A stretch of DNA of 37,386 bases from Candidatus Fervidifonticultor secundus (GTDB lineage Bacteria; Sysuimicrobiota; Sysuimicrobiia; Sysuimicrobiales; Humicultoraceae), in contig JAVKIP010000025.1 of NCBI GenBank assembly GCA_031459385.1, positions 1 through 37,386 on the forward strand, written 5' to 3'. Positions 16,353-25,054 of the stretch are shown in pieces (the first letter of the stretch is position 1; every line of letters starts with the position of its first letter). The notes below the pieces were generated by a model. It did no database searches, was not told the DNA's origin, and saw only the letters and a list, made by a program, of their open reading frames with translations. The position numbers and the translations under genes are program-made.

Positions 16353-16693
16353 TGGACGCCTCCAGATCCGGTCGGCAGCCGCGGGGCGGGCAGGCCCTCG
16401 ATGGCGGCGGCGGTGTCCGGGTCAACGCGGCGCAGGATGCCCAGCAGCGCCGCCGCCACCTGACCCTGGCGGTGGGCTTCTTCCGCGCGGGCGGCGTCCA
16501 GCGTCGCGATGGTCCGGATCTGTTCGGACACGCCCTGTGCCTGGATGTACACGTTCAACACAAACGCGCAGGACTCCACCGCGTCCTGCTGACGGTCGTA
16601 GTGCACCCAGAACATGCACTCGTGGCGAATGCACGGCCGCCGCAGCAGCGGACAGGTGCGCCGCTCGGGCGGCAGTAGCGTCACAGGGTGCAC
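16349..16693 (-). CDS. Cys-rich tail-region protein
   Basis: TCPLLRRPCIRHECMFW...CAF followed by a coiled coil; follows the tail fibre genes. Confidence 0.6.
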   Translation of the reverse strand: MHPVTLLPPERRTCPLLRRPCIRHECMFWVHYDRQQDAVESCAFVLNVYIQAQGVSEQIRTIATLDAARAEEAHRQGQVAAALLGILRRVDPDTAAAIEGLPAPRLPTGSGGVQ

Positions 16694-16695
16694 GT

Positions 16696-16950
16696 TCAGG
16701 CCCCCCACCCGATCGCCGTCGCGCCGAACTTGCTGGCCAGATCGTCCAGGCGTTGACGCACCGGCCCGGAGCCCAAAAATGTCTGGACTGTCTGCCACGC
16801 CGCGTCCGACAGGGCCACCGAAAAGTGCACCGTCCCCTGAACACTACCAGCCGCGTCGCGCAGTATGGCGGTCAGCAGCACCGCCTTGTCGTTGGCCGAA
16901 AATGTCACCGACAACACGCGCAGCTCCACCCGTATCCCCTCCCCTGTCAT
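16696..16950 (-). CDS. hypothetical tail-region protein
   Basis: 84-aa ORF coupled to the fibre gene stop. Confidence 0.6.
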   Translation of the reverse strand: MTGEGIRVELRVLSVTFSANDKAVLLTAILRDAAGSVQGTVHFSVALSDAAWQTVQTFLGSGPVRQRLDDLASKFGATAIGWGA

Positions 16951-18020
16951 GCCCTGGCCGCGACAATGGCGTCAATGACGGGCGGCCGCCAGGTGCCATC
17001 ACCGGTCACCGTTGCCGTAGCCGCGGAAATGGACTGCCCGCGCGGGTTGGCGGGCGCATCAGACATCCTGTTGCCCGTCGTCACCCCGTGCGCGTGGGAG
17101 GCGACGGACAGGCCGCTGATGGTCCAGCTGCCGCCTTGGGGGCCGCGCGAGCCCGCCACCAGCCGCACCATGCGGTCGGCGACGCTGGTGTCCTGCACCC
17201 ACCCCGCAGGGGCGGCTGCCTGCACGAACACGGTCCGCGAGCCCGCGGGGGCGATCGTGTTCAGGTGGCGCGCCCGCAAAATGGCCCCCGCGGCATCGGG
17301 TTCCGTGCGCGCGCACACAATGGCGTCGCGATACGCAGGCCGCCATGTCCCGTTACTGGACACGGCGGGCGAGGCACTCGCTGTCGGGCTGGACACGATG
17401 ACGACCTGGTAGGGCAGGGCGGTCTGGTCGGTGGTGTTCGCCGGCCCCGTGATGCCGTGGCTGTGGGCGTACGACAGCCCCGTGATCGTCCAGCTGCCCG
17501 CGTCGGCCCCGCGGGCACCGGAGACAATGCGTACCAAGATGTCGTCCCGGGCCGTGTCGCGCGTCCAGCCCGCGGGGGCGACGTCCTGGTCCCAGATCAT
17601 GCGTGACGTGGACGGGATGACCCGGTTCAGCGCAGCTGTCGTGAGCACGTCAGACGACGTCCAGTCGGGGTCGGTGCGCTGGCACAGGATGACGTCGTGG
17701 TATCGCGGCCGCCAGGTGCCGTCCGACGTGACGCCCTGGCTTGGTGCGGCCGTGGCCGTGAATGCGGTCTGGGCGCCGGTGTTGACAGTGACAGTCGGCA
17801 CCCCGTGCGTGTGGGAAGCCGACAGCCCCGTGATCGTCCAGCTGCCCCCTGTGCCTCCTCCGGCGCCCGAGACAATGCGCACCAGCCTGTCGGCGACCGT
17901 CGTGTTGCGTGTCCAGCCCGCGGGGGCGGCATCCTGGTCGAACACCGTCGTGCTCCCCGACGGCATGATCGTGTTCAGGTCCGCGGCCAGAACCGGCTGG
18001 CGGACCGTCCAGTCCGGCAT
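16947..18020 (-). CDS. tail fibre/collar-like protein with three ~120-aa repeats
   Basis: Three copies of LN.I.P.....F.Q..APAGW....DR.VRIVSG...GSWTI.GLS..H.HG...GTWRP...D.I. Confidence 0.75.
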   Translation of the reverse strand: MPDWTVRQPVLAADLNTIMPSGSTTVFDQDAAPAGWTRNTTVADRLVRIVSGAGGGTGGSWTITGLSASHTHGVPTVTVNTGAQTAFTATAAPSQGVTSDGTWRPRYHDVILCQRTDPDWTSSDVLTTAALNRVIPSTSRMIWDQDVAPAGWTRDTARDDILVRIVSGARGADAGSWTITGLSYAHSHGITGPANTTDQTALPYQVVIVSSPTASASPAVSSNGTWRPAYRDAIVCARTEPDAAGAILRARHLNTIAPAGSRTVFVQAAAPAGWVQDTSVADRMVRLVAGSRGPQGGSWTISGLSVASHAHGVTTGNRMSDAPANPRGQSISAATATVTGDGTWRPPVIDAIVAARA

Positions 18021-18027
18021 GGCCCCA

Positions 18028-20067
18028 CTACCACGCGGCCCGGCGCGTGCCGTTCAGCACGCCGCGGGTCGCATCGCCGTAGACCAGCCACGGATTGCCC
18101 GTTGACAGCACGGCGCGGATCTCCACGGTATGCTCCCAGCCGCGCTCGGCGTTGATGTCGTGGTCGATGGCGACGACCTCGAACACGCTGTTCACGCGCG
18201 ACAGCGAGTGCACCACCGACACCAGGTGGCGGTCGAAGCTGATGTCCAGGATCTCGGGCAGCGCATTCTTGACCGACGCCTCCAGGATCGGAGTGGGGTG
18301 GGCGCGGGCCGACAGCATGTATTGGGCGTAGTCCTGCGCATACAGCGCGTCGCCGATGAAGTCGTTGGCGAGCGTCTGCTCGTACCGCCCGTACAGGCTG
18401 CGGCTGTAGTCGTCCACGGCGTCTACGGAGATTTCCGACCGCCGGTGCAGTGGGTACCCGCGGGCCTGCAGTTTCACGAGCGCCACCTGGTCTCCGGACC
18501 CGTTGAACAGCGTCACCACCACCGACACCCCGCCCGCGGTCACCCGCGCGCTTGCTGTCCCCGTCCGGTCCAGCCCCGTGCCGTCCGGCGACGTGTTCAG
18601 TAGCCAGTCTGCCGAGCGCACCACACTGACGCTGGTGGCCGGCGTCAGCCGTTCACCCGTTATCGGGTCAACGTATGCCAGCTCGACCCCCAGGTAGCCG
18701 CTGGCGGGAATGGTCGGCGGCGAGCCCACATACGTTGCCACCACCTGCGCCGACCCGGCCACCTGACGGGGGCGCGCCTCAATGCGCATGCGGTTGAGCA
18801 GCATCCGGGTGTCGTAGGAAATGGACCACGTCCAGTATCGGGACAGCGTGAACACGGCGGCGCTGAGAACCGACCAGTACCTGTCACGGACAACAATCTG
18901 GCTGGGCTGCAAATCCACATGTGATTGAGGCCGCGAGTACAGCACGGCCCCTCCATAGCGCATCAGCTCCTGAATGGCCGCCAGCGCCGGCTCGTCCCGA
19001 AACCACGCGTACGGGACGACCTCTGCCATGCTGTCGACGGCAACTGTAGCGCCGGACAGACTGGCCGCGCTGAGCACGCCCAGAAATGCGGAGCGGATAT
19101 TGGTGGACACCATCATCGGCGGTGAGACCCTGCGGACCTGCAGGTCGCGCAGCCCGTCGGCAGCGACGATGTGCGCTGTCTGGCGCGACCACGCCGGGCT
19201 GAGCGCCCACTGCTCAATGACGCTCCGGGCAATCCTGCGTGTGCTACCGGCGTAGGTGGCCTGCACCAGTATCTCGTCGCCCAGGGCAGCGCGGCTGTAT
19301 CGGCCGTCGCGGTTGTCCAAGACCACGTCGACGCGACCCGGCCGCGGGCTGTCCAGTGGGCCGAACAGCTCGGAGGAAATGGCCACCCGCAGGGTATCGC
19401 TCGTCAGGCCACGGAAACTCGTCCAAGCATGTACAATGCCCGTCCCCACCACGACCCCGTGTTTGCCCGACGGACTGCGGTCATATACCGTAGTCCCCTC
19501 GGCCTCGTTTATCGGCCAATACGCCACCAGGTCAGCCTCGTCGCCGCGCAGGCGACCGTACCGGTCCCTGGCAATGCGGTCGGCGGACAGCGCGACACGC
19601 CATATGCGCGCCTCGCCTATCACTGCGATATTTGGGTAATTGACGATGCCACTGGTCGGGGTCGCCGCCGCCAGATACACCGGCCCGGACGCCGTGGACA
19701 GCGGGCCGCCAACCGTCCGGGTGCCCACAAGCGCCCCGTCCAGATAGCCCGCCAGCGTCGTGCCGTCATAGGTCATAGCCATGTGATACATGGTGCTACT
19801 GCTTAGTGCGGGCCCTGTAATGTCATACCATACGCCGCCAACGTTGACGGCCGGCCGAAACACCTGCACGCTGTTCGTACACACGGTGAGCATCCAGGCA
19901 TCTGGGCGCGCGGCGGGAACCACGGACTCGAGTGGGCCGCCGGGCATGGAGTACCACACTTCGACCGTAATTGCTGACGTCAGCCCGTCCCCCGAGTCGA
20001 CCCGCACGTAGCCGCCATAGACCCGCAACATCAGCCTGCGCTGCACGACGCCGTAGGTCACAGACAT
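18028..20067 (-). CDS. minor tail/hub protein with N-terminal LamG (ConA-like) domain
   Basis: YHMAMTYDGTTLAGYLDG...EARIWRVALS...LVAYWPINEAEGTTVYD; LDNRDGRYS tail-hub motif; follows the tape measure gene. Confidence 0.75.
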   Translation of the reverse strand: MSVTYGVVQRRLMLRVYGGYVRVDSGDGLTSAITVEVWYSMPGGPLESVVPAARPDAWMLTVCTNSVQVFRPAVNVGGVWYDITGPALSSSTMYHMAMTYDGTTLAGYLDGALVGTRTVGGPLSTASGPVYLAAATPTSGIVNYPNIAVIGEARIWRVALSADRIARDRYGRLRGDEADLVAYWPINEAEGTTVYDRSPSGKHGVVVGTGIVHAWTSFRGLTSDTLRVAISSELFGPLDSPRPGRVDVVLDNRDGRYSRAALGDEILVQATYAGSTRRIARSVIEQWALSPAWSRQTAHIVAADGLRDLQVRRVSPPMMVSTNIRSAFLGVLSAASLSGATVAVDSMAEVVPYAWFRDEPALAAIQELMRYGGAVLYSRPQSHVDLQPSQIVVRDRYWSVLSAAVFTLSRYWTWSISYDTRMLLNRMRIEARPRQVAGSAQVVATYVGSPPTIPASGYLGVELAYVDPITGERLTPATSVSVVRSADWLLNTSPDGTGLDRTGTASARVTAGGVSVVVTLFNGSGDQVALVKLQARGYPLHRRSEISVDAVDDYSRSLYGRYEQTLANDFIGDALYAQDYAQYMLSARAHPTPILEASVKNALPEILDISFDRHLVSVVHSLSRVNSVFEVVAIDHDINAERGWEHTVEIRAVLSTGNPWLVYGDATRGVLNGTRRAAW

Positions 20068-20082
20068 ACTGTCACCGCCGCG

Positions 20083-22092
20083 TCACCGCCGGATCAGGCC
20101 GTAGCGCCTTTCGAAGCGCGCCCACGTGATTTCGTCCGCCAATAGCGGCCCGAACACATTGATCACGGGGCCGCCAGCCGGGCGGCGGTCACCCGCTGCA
20201 GCCAGCGGCTGGACAGTCACCCGCTCCGGACCGCGCTCGCCGACGACCAACCCCGTCGGGCGGGTGGCCAGGATTTCTCCGCCCGACTGGAACGCCACCA
20301 CGCGCCCCCCACCCCCACCGCCACCGCCACCGGCATCGGCGGGCTGCGTCAGCGCACTGATCAGGTCGGCCCACCACCGCTCGCGCTCAACAGTGGGCAA
20401 AGCCGCGACCGGAGCCGCCACCGCAATCGGCTGCGGAGCGGCCGCCGTCGCGACCACGCGCGCTCCGGGCAGTGTCGGACCGCCCAGCGGGGCAGCCACC
20501 CATGTATCCATGCGCGCGGCGGCCAGCACCGGCAGGGCCACGCGCTGCAGCTGCGTGGCGGCTCCGGCGGTCAGCGGCCCGGGCTCGCTGACCACAGCCA
20601 CGAGCGGGCGCGCGGCGGTGGCCAGCACGGGCTGCACGATGACCCGCTCGGGTCGGGCCTGCCCCACGACCAGCGGTGTCGGACGGGTCGCCACGATGAT
20701 CCGCGCGGGACCGCCAGCCAGCGGCTGGACAGTCACCCGCTCCGGACCGCGCTCGCCGACCATGATGCGCGTCGGGCGGGTCGCGATGAGCTGGCCGCCG
20801 GTCTGCAGGTGTATGCCCAGCAGCCCGAAGATGAACGAGACGGCCTGCATGGCCAGGCGCACCAACCCGATCTGCTCGATGATCTGCTCGACGGCCTTGC
20901 GCCAGATCGCCGCCCACAGGTCGGCAAACGTCGCCGTCCCGGTCAGGATGCCTACCAGCGTGTCGGAGACGGTGCGCCGGACGGAATCGGCAAATTCCCG
21001 CTGCTTGCGCTCCATCTCGTCCATCTGCGCGACGAGGTCATCGAGTTCGCGCGCGATACTCTGAATCATGTCGTTCCACAGCTGGGTCTTCATGGAAACG
21101 TCGTCGGTGCTCTGGGCCGCCGACCGAATGGTCAGGCCGTACGCGCGCGTCGCCTCAGACGCCTGCCGGTTGCCCTCGGTGATGCGCGCCAATAGTTGCT
21201 GGTACTCCACCCACGCCGGCGAGCGCAAGAAGGCCCGCTCGGCTTCGGACGCCACGCCCTCATAGGCCTTGCCGGCGGCGACCAGACTGGCAATGTGCGC
21301 CGCGAACGCCCGCTCGCGTTCGGCGGCCGCCCGCTGCAGGGCCTCCCGCTCGCGCTGCAGTGCCTCCTGACGCCGCTGGGCCGCCCGGGCCTCCTCATCG
21401 GCCAGCCGCTGCAGGGCCTGGGCGGCGAGCAGCTGGCCGCGGGCGAAGTCAGCTGCGGACAGCTGGCCCTCGCGCTGCGCATGGCGGAGCTGTTCAGAGG
21501 CCGCCGCCGAGCGGGACGCCATGGCCGCATATGCGGCCTGCGCCTCGGCGGCCCGGTGCGCCGCCTCCGCCTTCTGGCGCATCACCGCCACGACGGCACC
21601 CCCGACGGCCACAAGCGCACCCAGCGCGGCGACCGCAATGCCCACCGGCCCCGACAACAGCCGTACGGCGTTGGTCAGCAACACCGTCGTACCGGCGGCC
21701 AGCTGGGCCGCATTGCGGTACAGTGACAGCCCCGCACTGACCAGCGTGAGGTTGACCGTCAGCTTTTCGAGCTTGTCTTGCAGGTCCTGATTGCCGCGTG
21801 CGAAAATGCTTAAAATCGCCGCCGTGCCCTGCAGCGTCTGCGACAGGTCTCGCACGCTGGCCAAAAACGCGCGCTGTTCGGTGGTGAGGTTGCGCACCGA
21901 GCGCCCCGCGCGGTCGGCGGCGTGCTGGGCGCGCTCGTATGCCTGCCGGGACTGCTCGGACGCCCGCTGGACATGCTCGGACGCCTGTTGAACGTCACTG
22001 CCGAATTTGCGTGCGGCGGCGGCTGCTTGCTCAAAGCCGGCGGCGGCTTCGGGGGCGCCGCTGAGGACAATGCGAATGCCGACCTCAGCCAT
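20083..22092 (-). CDS. tape measure protein
   Basis: Ala-rich helical protein, C-terminal GG...RPT...VGERGPERV motif, downstream of the tail chaperones. Confidence 0.8.
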   Translation of the reverse strand: MAEVGIRIVLSGAPEAAAGFEQAAAAARKFGSDVQQASEHVQRASEQSRQAYERAQHAADRAGRSVRNLTTEQRAFLASVRDLSQTLQGTAAILSIFARGNQDLQDKLEKLTVNLTLVSAGLSLYRNAAQLAAGTTVLLTNAVRLLSGPVGIAVAALGALVAVGGAVVAVMRQKAEAAHRAAEAQAAYAAMASRSAAASEQLRHAQREGQLSAADFARGQLLAAQALQRLADEEARAAQRRQEALQREREALQRAAAERERAFAAHIASLVAAGKAYEGVASEAERAFLRSPAWVEYQQLLARITEGNRQASEATRAYGLTIRSAAQSTDDVSMKTQLWNDMIQSIARELDDLVAQMDEMERKQREFADSVRRTVSDTLVGILTGTATFADLWAAIWRKAVEQIIEQIGLVRLAMQAVSFIFGLLGIHLQTGGQLIATRPTRIMVGERGPERVTVQPLAGGPARIIVATRPTPLVVGQARPERVIVQPVLATAARPLVAVVSEPGPLTAGAATQLQRVALPVLAAARMDTWVAAPLGGPTLPGARVVATAAAPQPIAVAAPVAALPTVERERWWADLISALTQPADAGGGGGGGGGRVVAFQSGGEILATRPTGLVVGERGPERVTVQPLAAAGDRRPAGGPVINVFGPLLADEITWARFERRYGLIRR

Positions 22093-22216
22093 GGCGGGCG
22101 GCGCGCATGCGGATCTTGGCGGCCAGGTACGCGGCCTCGTCCAGGCTCAACTGTCCGACCTCGTCAGGTCCCCATCCGTAGGCGGCGGCGAAGGCGTCGA
22201 GCCACTCGCAAAAGGG
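22085..22216 (-). other. -1 programmed frameshift site CCCTTTT (22216-22210) and gpGT-like extension
   Basis: The -1 frame reads CEWLDAFAAAYGWGPDEVGQLSLDEAAYLAAKIRMRAARHG* and ends inside the tape measure start. Confidence 0.8.
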
Positions 22217-22497
22217 TCCGCCCCGCCTATGGCGTCTGCGGTGGCCCGGGCCAGCTGTTCAGCGACCGCGCGGAACTGCTCAGGGGTCAGCGACCACACC
22301 AGCTCTGCGTCAATGCGCGGCTCGATCTTGCGCAGCAGGTAGGTGACGTAGCCGACCTGGTCGTCCAGGTTGTCGGGGTCGGCCAGCTTGCTGACAGTGA
22401 TCCCGGCGCGGCGCATCTCGCGCAGGTCGCGCATGGTCAGCGGCGGCATGCCGGACAGGTCGACGTCGTACGGCCCCACGCGCACGCGCATGGTCAT
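22147..22497 (-). CDS. tail assembly chaperone (gpG-like)
   Basis: Between tail tube and tape measure; contains slippery site C CCT TTT. Confidence 0.75.
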   Translation of the reverse strand: MTMRVRVGPYDVDLSGMPPLTMRDLREMRRAGITVSKLADPDNLDDQVGYVTYLLRKIEPRIDAELVWSLTPEQFRAVAEQLARATADAIGGADPFASGSTPSPPPTDGDLTRSDS

Positions 22498-23456
22498 CAC
22501 CACGCACTTTGGATCGTCGTCAGCGCTGCGACCCAAGCGCTCGTAGGGTTGTTGAGCACCTTGCCTTCGGCCTGGACCACCAGCCGCTCGCGGCCGGGGA
22601 TCGACAGCGGGTAGGCCGTCCAGACTACCCGCGGAAAGCGCAGCGCCAGCTGGAACGAAGCGGGTTGCGTCCACGTCACGAGCAGGGCACGTTCGACCTG
22701 ATTCTGGAACACCAGCCATTCGCTGCGCGCCAGCGTCGCAGTCAGCGCCACCCGGGCCTGTACCGGGCCGCGGCGGACAAACGACACGGGGAGCTGCGAG
22801 CCCAGCGCGTACACGGGCTCAATGGGTGTCTCCAGCGTCACCGTCAGCGCGTCCGCGTCGACCGCTGCCCCGCCCAGCGAGACGCTGCATACGGAAAAGT
22901 CGGCTGGCGCCCCGGGGGAGGCCGGATATGTCGGGTTCACGGCGGCCGTCGTATCGGCGCTGCGGCCGACGAGGGCAACGGTGGCCTGCGCCGCCTGGTT
23001 GGCGGCCACGCCAATGGTCACACGCGACACCTGGGAGTCCCTGACCCGGTGCACCTGGTTGGCGACGGAGTCGTACAATGCGTGCCACGTATATGCTGGT
23101 AGCGGCGCCTGAGTCAGCGCGTCCGCGGGTGCCGCCGCCCACGTAGTGGTCCACAGGACGCCCGATGCGACGACCGTCACGGATCGGCTGCTTTCGCCCA
23201 ACGCAGCATTGAGCACGTGCCCGATCGTCAGCAGGTTGATGGGCAGCACGGCCTCCATCTCCACCCGCTGCGCGCCCGCCATATCGTCAGGCTCCAGCAC
23301 CCCGCCGACAACATTGGCCGTCTCGAACCGATCGATGACCAGCGCGTTCCCGCCCACAGACAGTGCGGGCAGGAATGCTGAGGCCGCCACGGGTGTGCCC
23401 CATGCGCTTTGCTTGCCCAGCCCCACGTATCCCCGCATGCCGTATGGACCCGCCAT
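22497..23456 (-). CDS. major tail tube protein
   Basis: YVGLGKQSAWGTPVAAS N-terminus, 319 aa, AGGAGG SD, expected position. Confidence 0.75.
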   Translation of the reverse strand: MAGPYGMRGYVGLGKQSAWGTPVAASAFLPALSVGGNALVIDRFETANVVGGVLEPDDMAGAQRVEMEAVLPINLLTIGHVLNAALGESSRSVTVVASGVLWTTTWAAAPADALTQAPLPAYTWHALYDSVANQVHRVRDSQVSRVTIGVAANQAAQATVALVGRSADTTAAVNPTYPASPGAPADFSVCSVSLGGAAVDADALTVTLETPIEPVYALGSQLPVSFVRRGPVQARVALTATLARSEWLVFQNQVERALLVTWTQPASFQLALRFPRVVWTAYPLSIPGRERLVVQAEGKVLNNPTSAWVAALTTIQSAW

Positions 23457-23468
23457 GACGCATTCCTC

Positions 23469-23903
23469 CTAGGTGGTGGCCTCGACTTCGACGGCGACAA
23501 CCACCTCGCCACCGATGAACAGGTGGTCGCCTTCCTGGCCCGTGAAAAACTCGCCGCCTTCCAAAAACAGAAAGTCCACCTTGCCGCCCAGCGTCCGGTC
23601 GCCCATCAGGGCGACTTCCACCTGACCCAACAGGTCGTCACGGCGGCGGGCGACGTCCGCAGCCGAGCCCAGACCCGATTCCCAGCACTCACACACATAG
23701 TGCACCCGAAACCGTGTCCGCGTGCCGGCGGCAATGGGCTGCGGCGCGGTCGTCTCGCGCCGGACCGCGCGCACGTTGACCCATGGCGTACGCTCGAAGC
23801 CCATCAGCACGTCGCGCTCGACGGTGACCACGGCCTGCGGGATCTGTGCGGCTACGCGCGCCCGGATGGCGTCGGCGATGCCCGCATAGTCGACCCGGGC
23901 CAC
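23469..23903 (-). CDS. tail terminator/completion protein
   Basis: VEVALMGDRTLGGKV motif; upstream of the tail tube gene. Confidence 0.65.
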   Translation of the reverse strand: MARVDYAGIADAIRARVAAQIPQAVVTVERDVLMGFERTPWVNVRAVRRETTAPQPIAAGTRTRFRVHYVCECWESGLGSAADVARRRDDLLGQVEVALMGDRTLGGKVDFLFLEGGEFFTGQEGDHLFIGGEVVVAVEVEATT

Positions 23904-23904
23904 C

Positions 23905-24354
23905 TTAGCCTTCCTCCAGCAGCCGCCGGATCTGTTCTTCCAGCACGGGCGTCGCCACCGCCTCCACCTCCGCCGCAGACGGCAGAAACGGCCGCGGGGG
24001 CTGGCCCGGATGCTGCGCGCGCGCGGCAAAACGACGGCCGATGCGCAGCGCCTTCGCCCGTACGGGCGCCAGCGCGTGCGGGGAGGTTCCGCCTTCGTAC
24101 CAGTGCGCTTTCGGGTTGCGCGTGCGCACCGTGACCTCGTCGTCGGTCGTGCGGACGCGCCACGACCGGCGCAGCTTGAACCACCGCGGCCGCCGTTCCG
24201 GCTGGCGGCGGGACGGCGACCGCTGCACCACCAGTCGCTTGATGGCGACGCCCACGCGCCGCAGCAATGTCCGCCGTCGGCTCAGGAGCCGCTGGGCTAC
24301 GCCTCGTAGCGCGCCGTCGGCGTCAATGCTCACGGTCATGCGTACGGCGATCAT
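23905..24354 (-). CDS. neck/virion morphogenesis protein (HK97 gp10/Mu gpG-like)
   Basis: LRRSW...AHWYEGGTSPH...KALR...HPGQPPRPFL. Confidence 0.7.
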   Translation of the reverse strand: MIAVRMTVSIDADGALRGVAQRLLSRRRTLLRRVGVAIKRLVVQRSPSRRQPERRPRWFKLRRSWRVRTTDDEVTVRTRNPKAHWYEGGTSPHALAPVRAKALRIGRRFAARAQHPGQPPRPFLPSAAEVEAVATPVLEEQIRRLLEEG

Positions 24355-24848
24355 AGGCCTCGGCGGCTGCGTTCAGTGTCCACCTTGTCGACGTCCACCA
24401 GGTGCTCCTCCCACGGCCCCTCCCAGTGGGTCGGGTGGAACCCCTGGGTCGTGCTGACCACCGGAGCCGCGTCGGCGGATGCCCCCAGCACCACCCCGGA
24501 GCTGCTGACCAGCGCCAGCGCCCCGGACGCCAGCTGGTCCAGCGTGTCGACGGCCTCTTTGTAGCGGTCCGGCCACGGCGACGCGTTCAACCGCTCGGCC
24601 GTGAACAGCCGCTGGACCAGCAACAGGTAGATGGCAATGTCGGTCGTCACGGCCTGCAGCACCGGGTAGTCTTCTCGTAGCGGCATGGTGTACCGGCGAG
24701 CCAGCTTGGCTTCGCCGATGGCCTGTGCCTTGCCCAGAAACAGCGCGATGTCCGCCGACGTCACCTCAGACACCGAGCCGATATCAGGTAGTGTCTGCAG
24801 GACGTACGACACGGTGGACCAGCTGACGGGCAAGCTCGGTAGTGGCAT
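24351..24848 (-). CDS. head-tail adaptor (DUF1320/Mu gp36-like)
   Basis: LARRYTMPL....PVL...TDIAIY.L...RYKEAVDTL.QLASG. Confidence 0.75.
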   Translation of the reverse strand: MPLPSLPVSWSTVSYVLQTLPDIGSVSEVTSADIALFLGKAQAIGEAKLARRYTMPLREDYPVLQAVTTDIAIYLLLVQRLFTAERLNASPWPDRYKEAVDTLDQLASGALALVSSSGVVLGASADAAPVVSTTQGFHPTHWEGPWEEHLVDVDKVDTERSRRGL

Positions 24849-24851
24849 GGG

Positions 24852-25046
24852 TTATCTGCGCACCCACACGGCCAACATCGTCGACACCAGTAGCCCCAGC
24901 ACCCACCACAGGCGCGCGTCCAGCCCGCGCATGCGTCCGGTCAACGCCTGTAGCGACTGGGAGATGTGGGCGACGTGGTTGTCCAGCCTCTCTTCGATGC
25001 GCACCAGACGCACCTCGAGCTGTTCCAACCTGTCGGCCGTCTTCAT
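24852..25046 (-). CDS. small coiled-coil plus C-terminal TM protein (XhlA-like)
   Basis: MKTADRLEQLEVRLVRIEERLDNH...LWWVLGLLVSTMLAVWVRR. Confidence 0.65.
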   Translation of the reverse strand: MKTADRLEQLEVRLVRIEERLDNHVAHISQSLQALTGRMRGLDARLWWVLGLLVSTMLAVWVRR

Positions 25047-25054
25047 TGTCGTCC

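Noticed and set aside
16947..18020. Repeats as the template/variable regions of a diversity-generating retroelement
   Set aside because: No reverse transcriptase in the window, and the repeats are in-frame protein domains rather than adenine-specific variants.
18180..18195. CGAAC-ACGCT-GTTC as a LexA box
   Set aside because: The spacer is 5 bp rather than 4, and the site is deep inside a tail gene.
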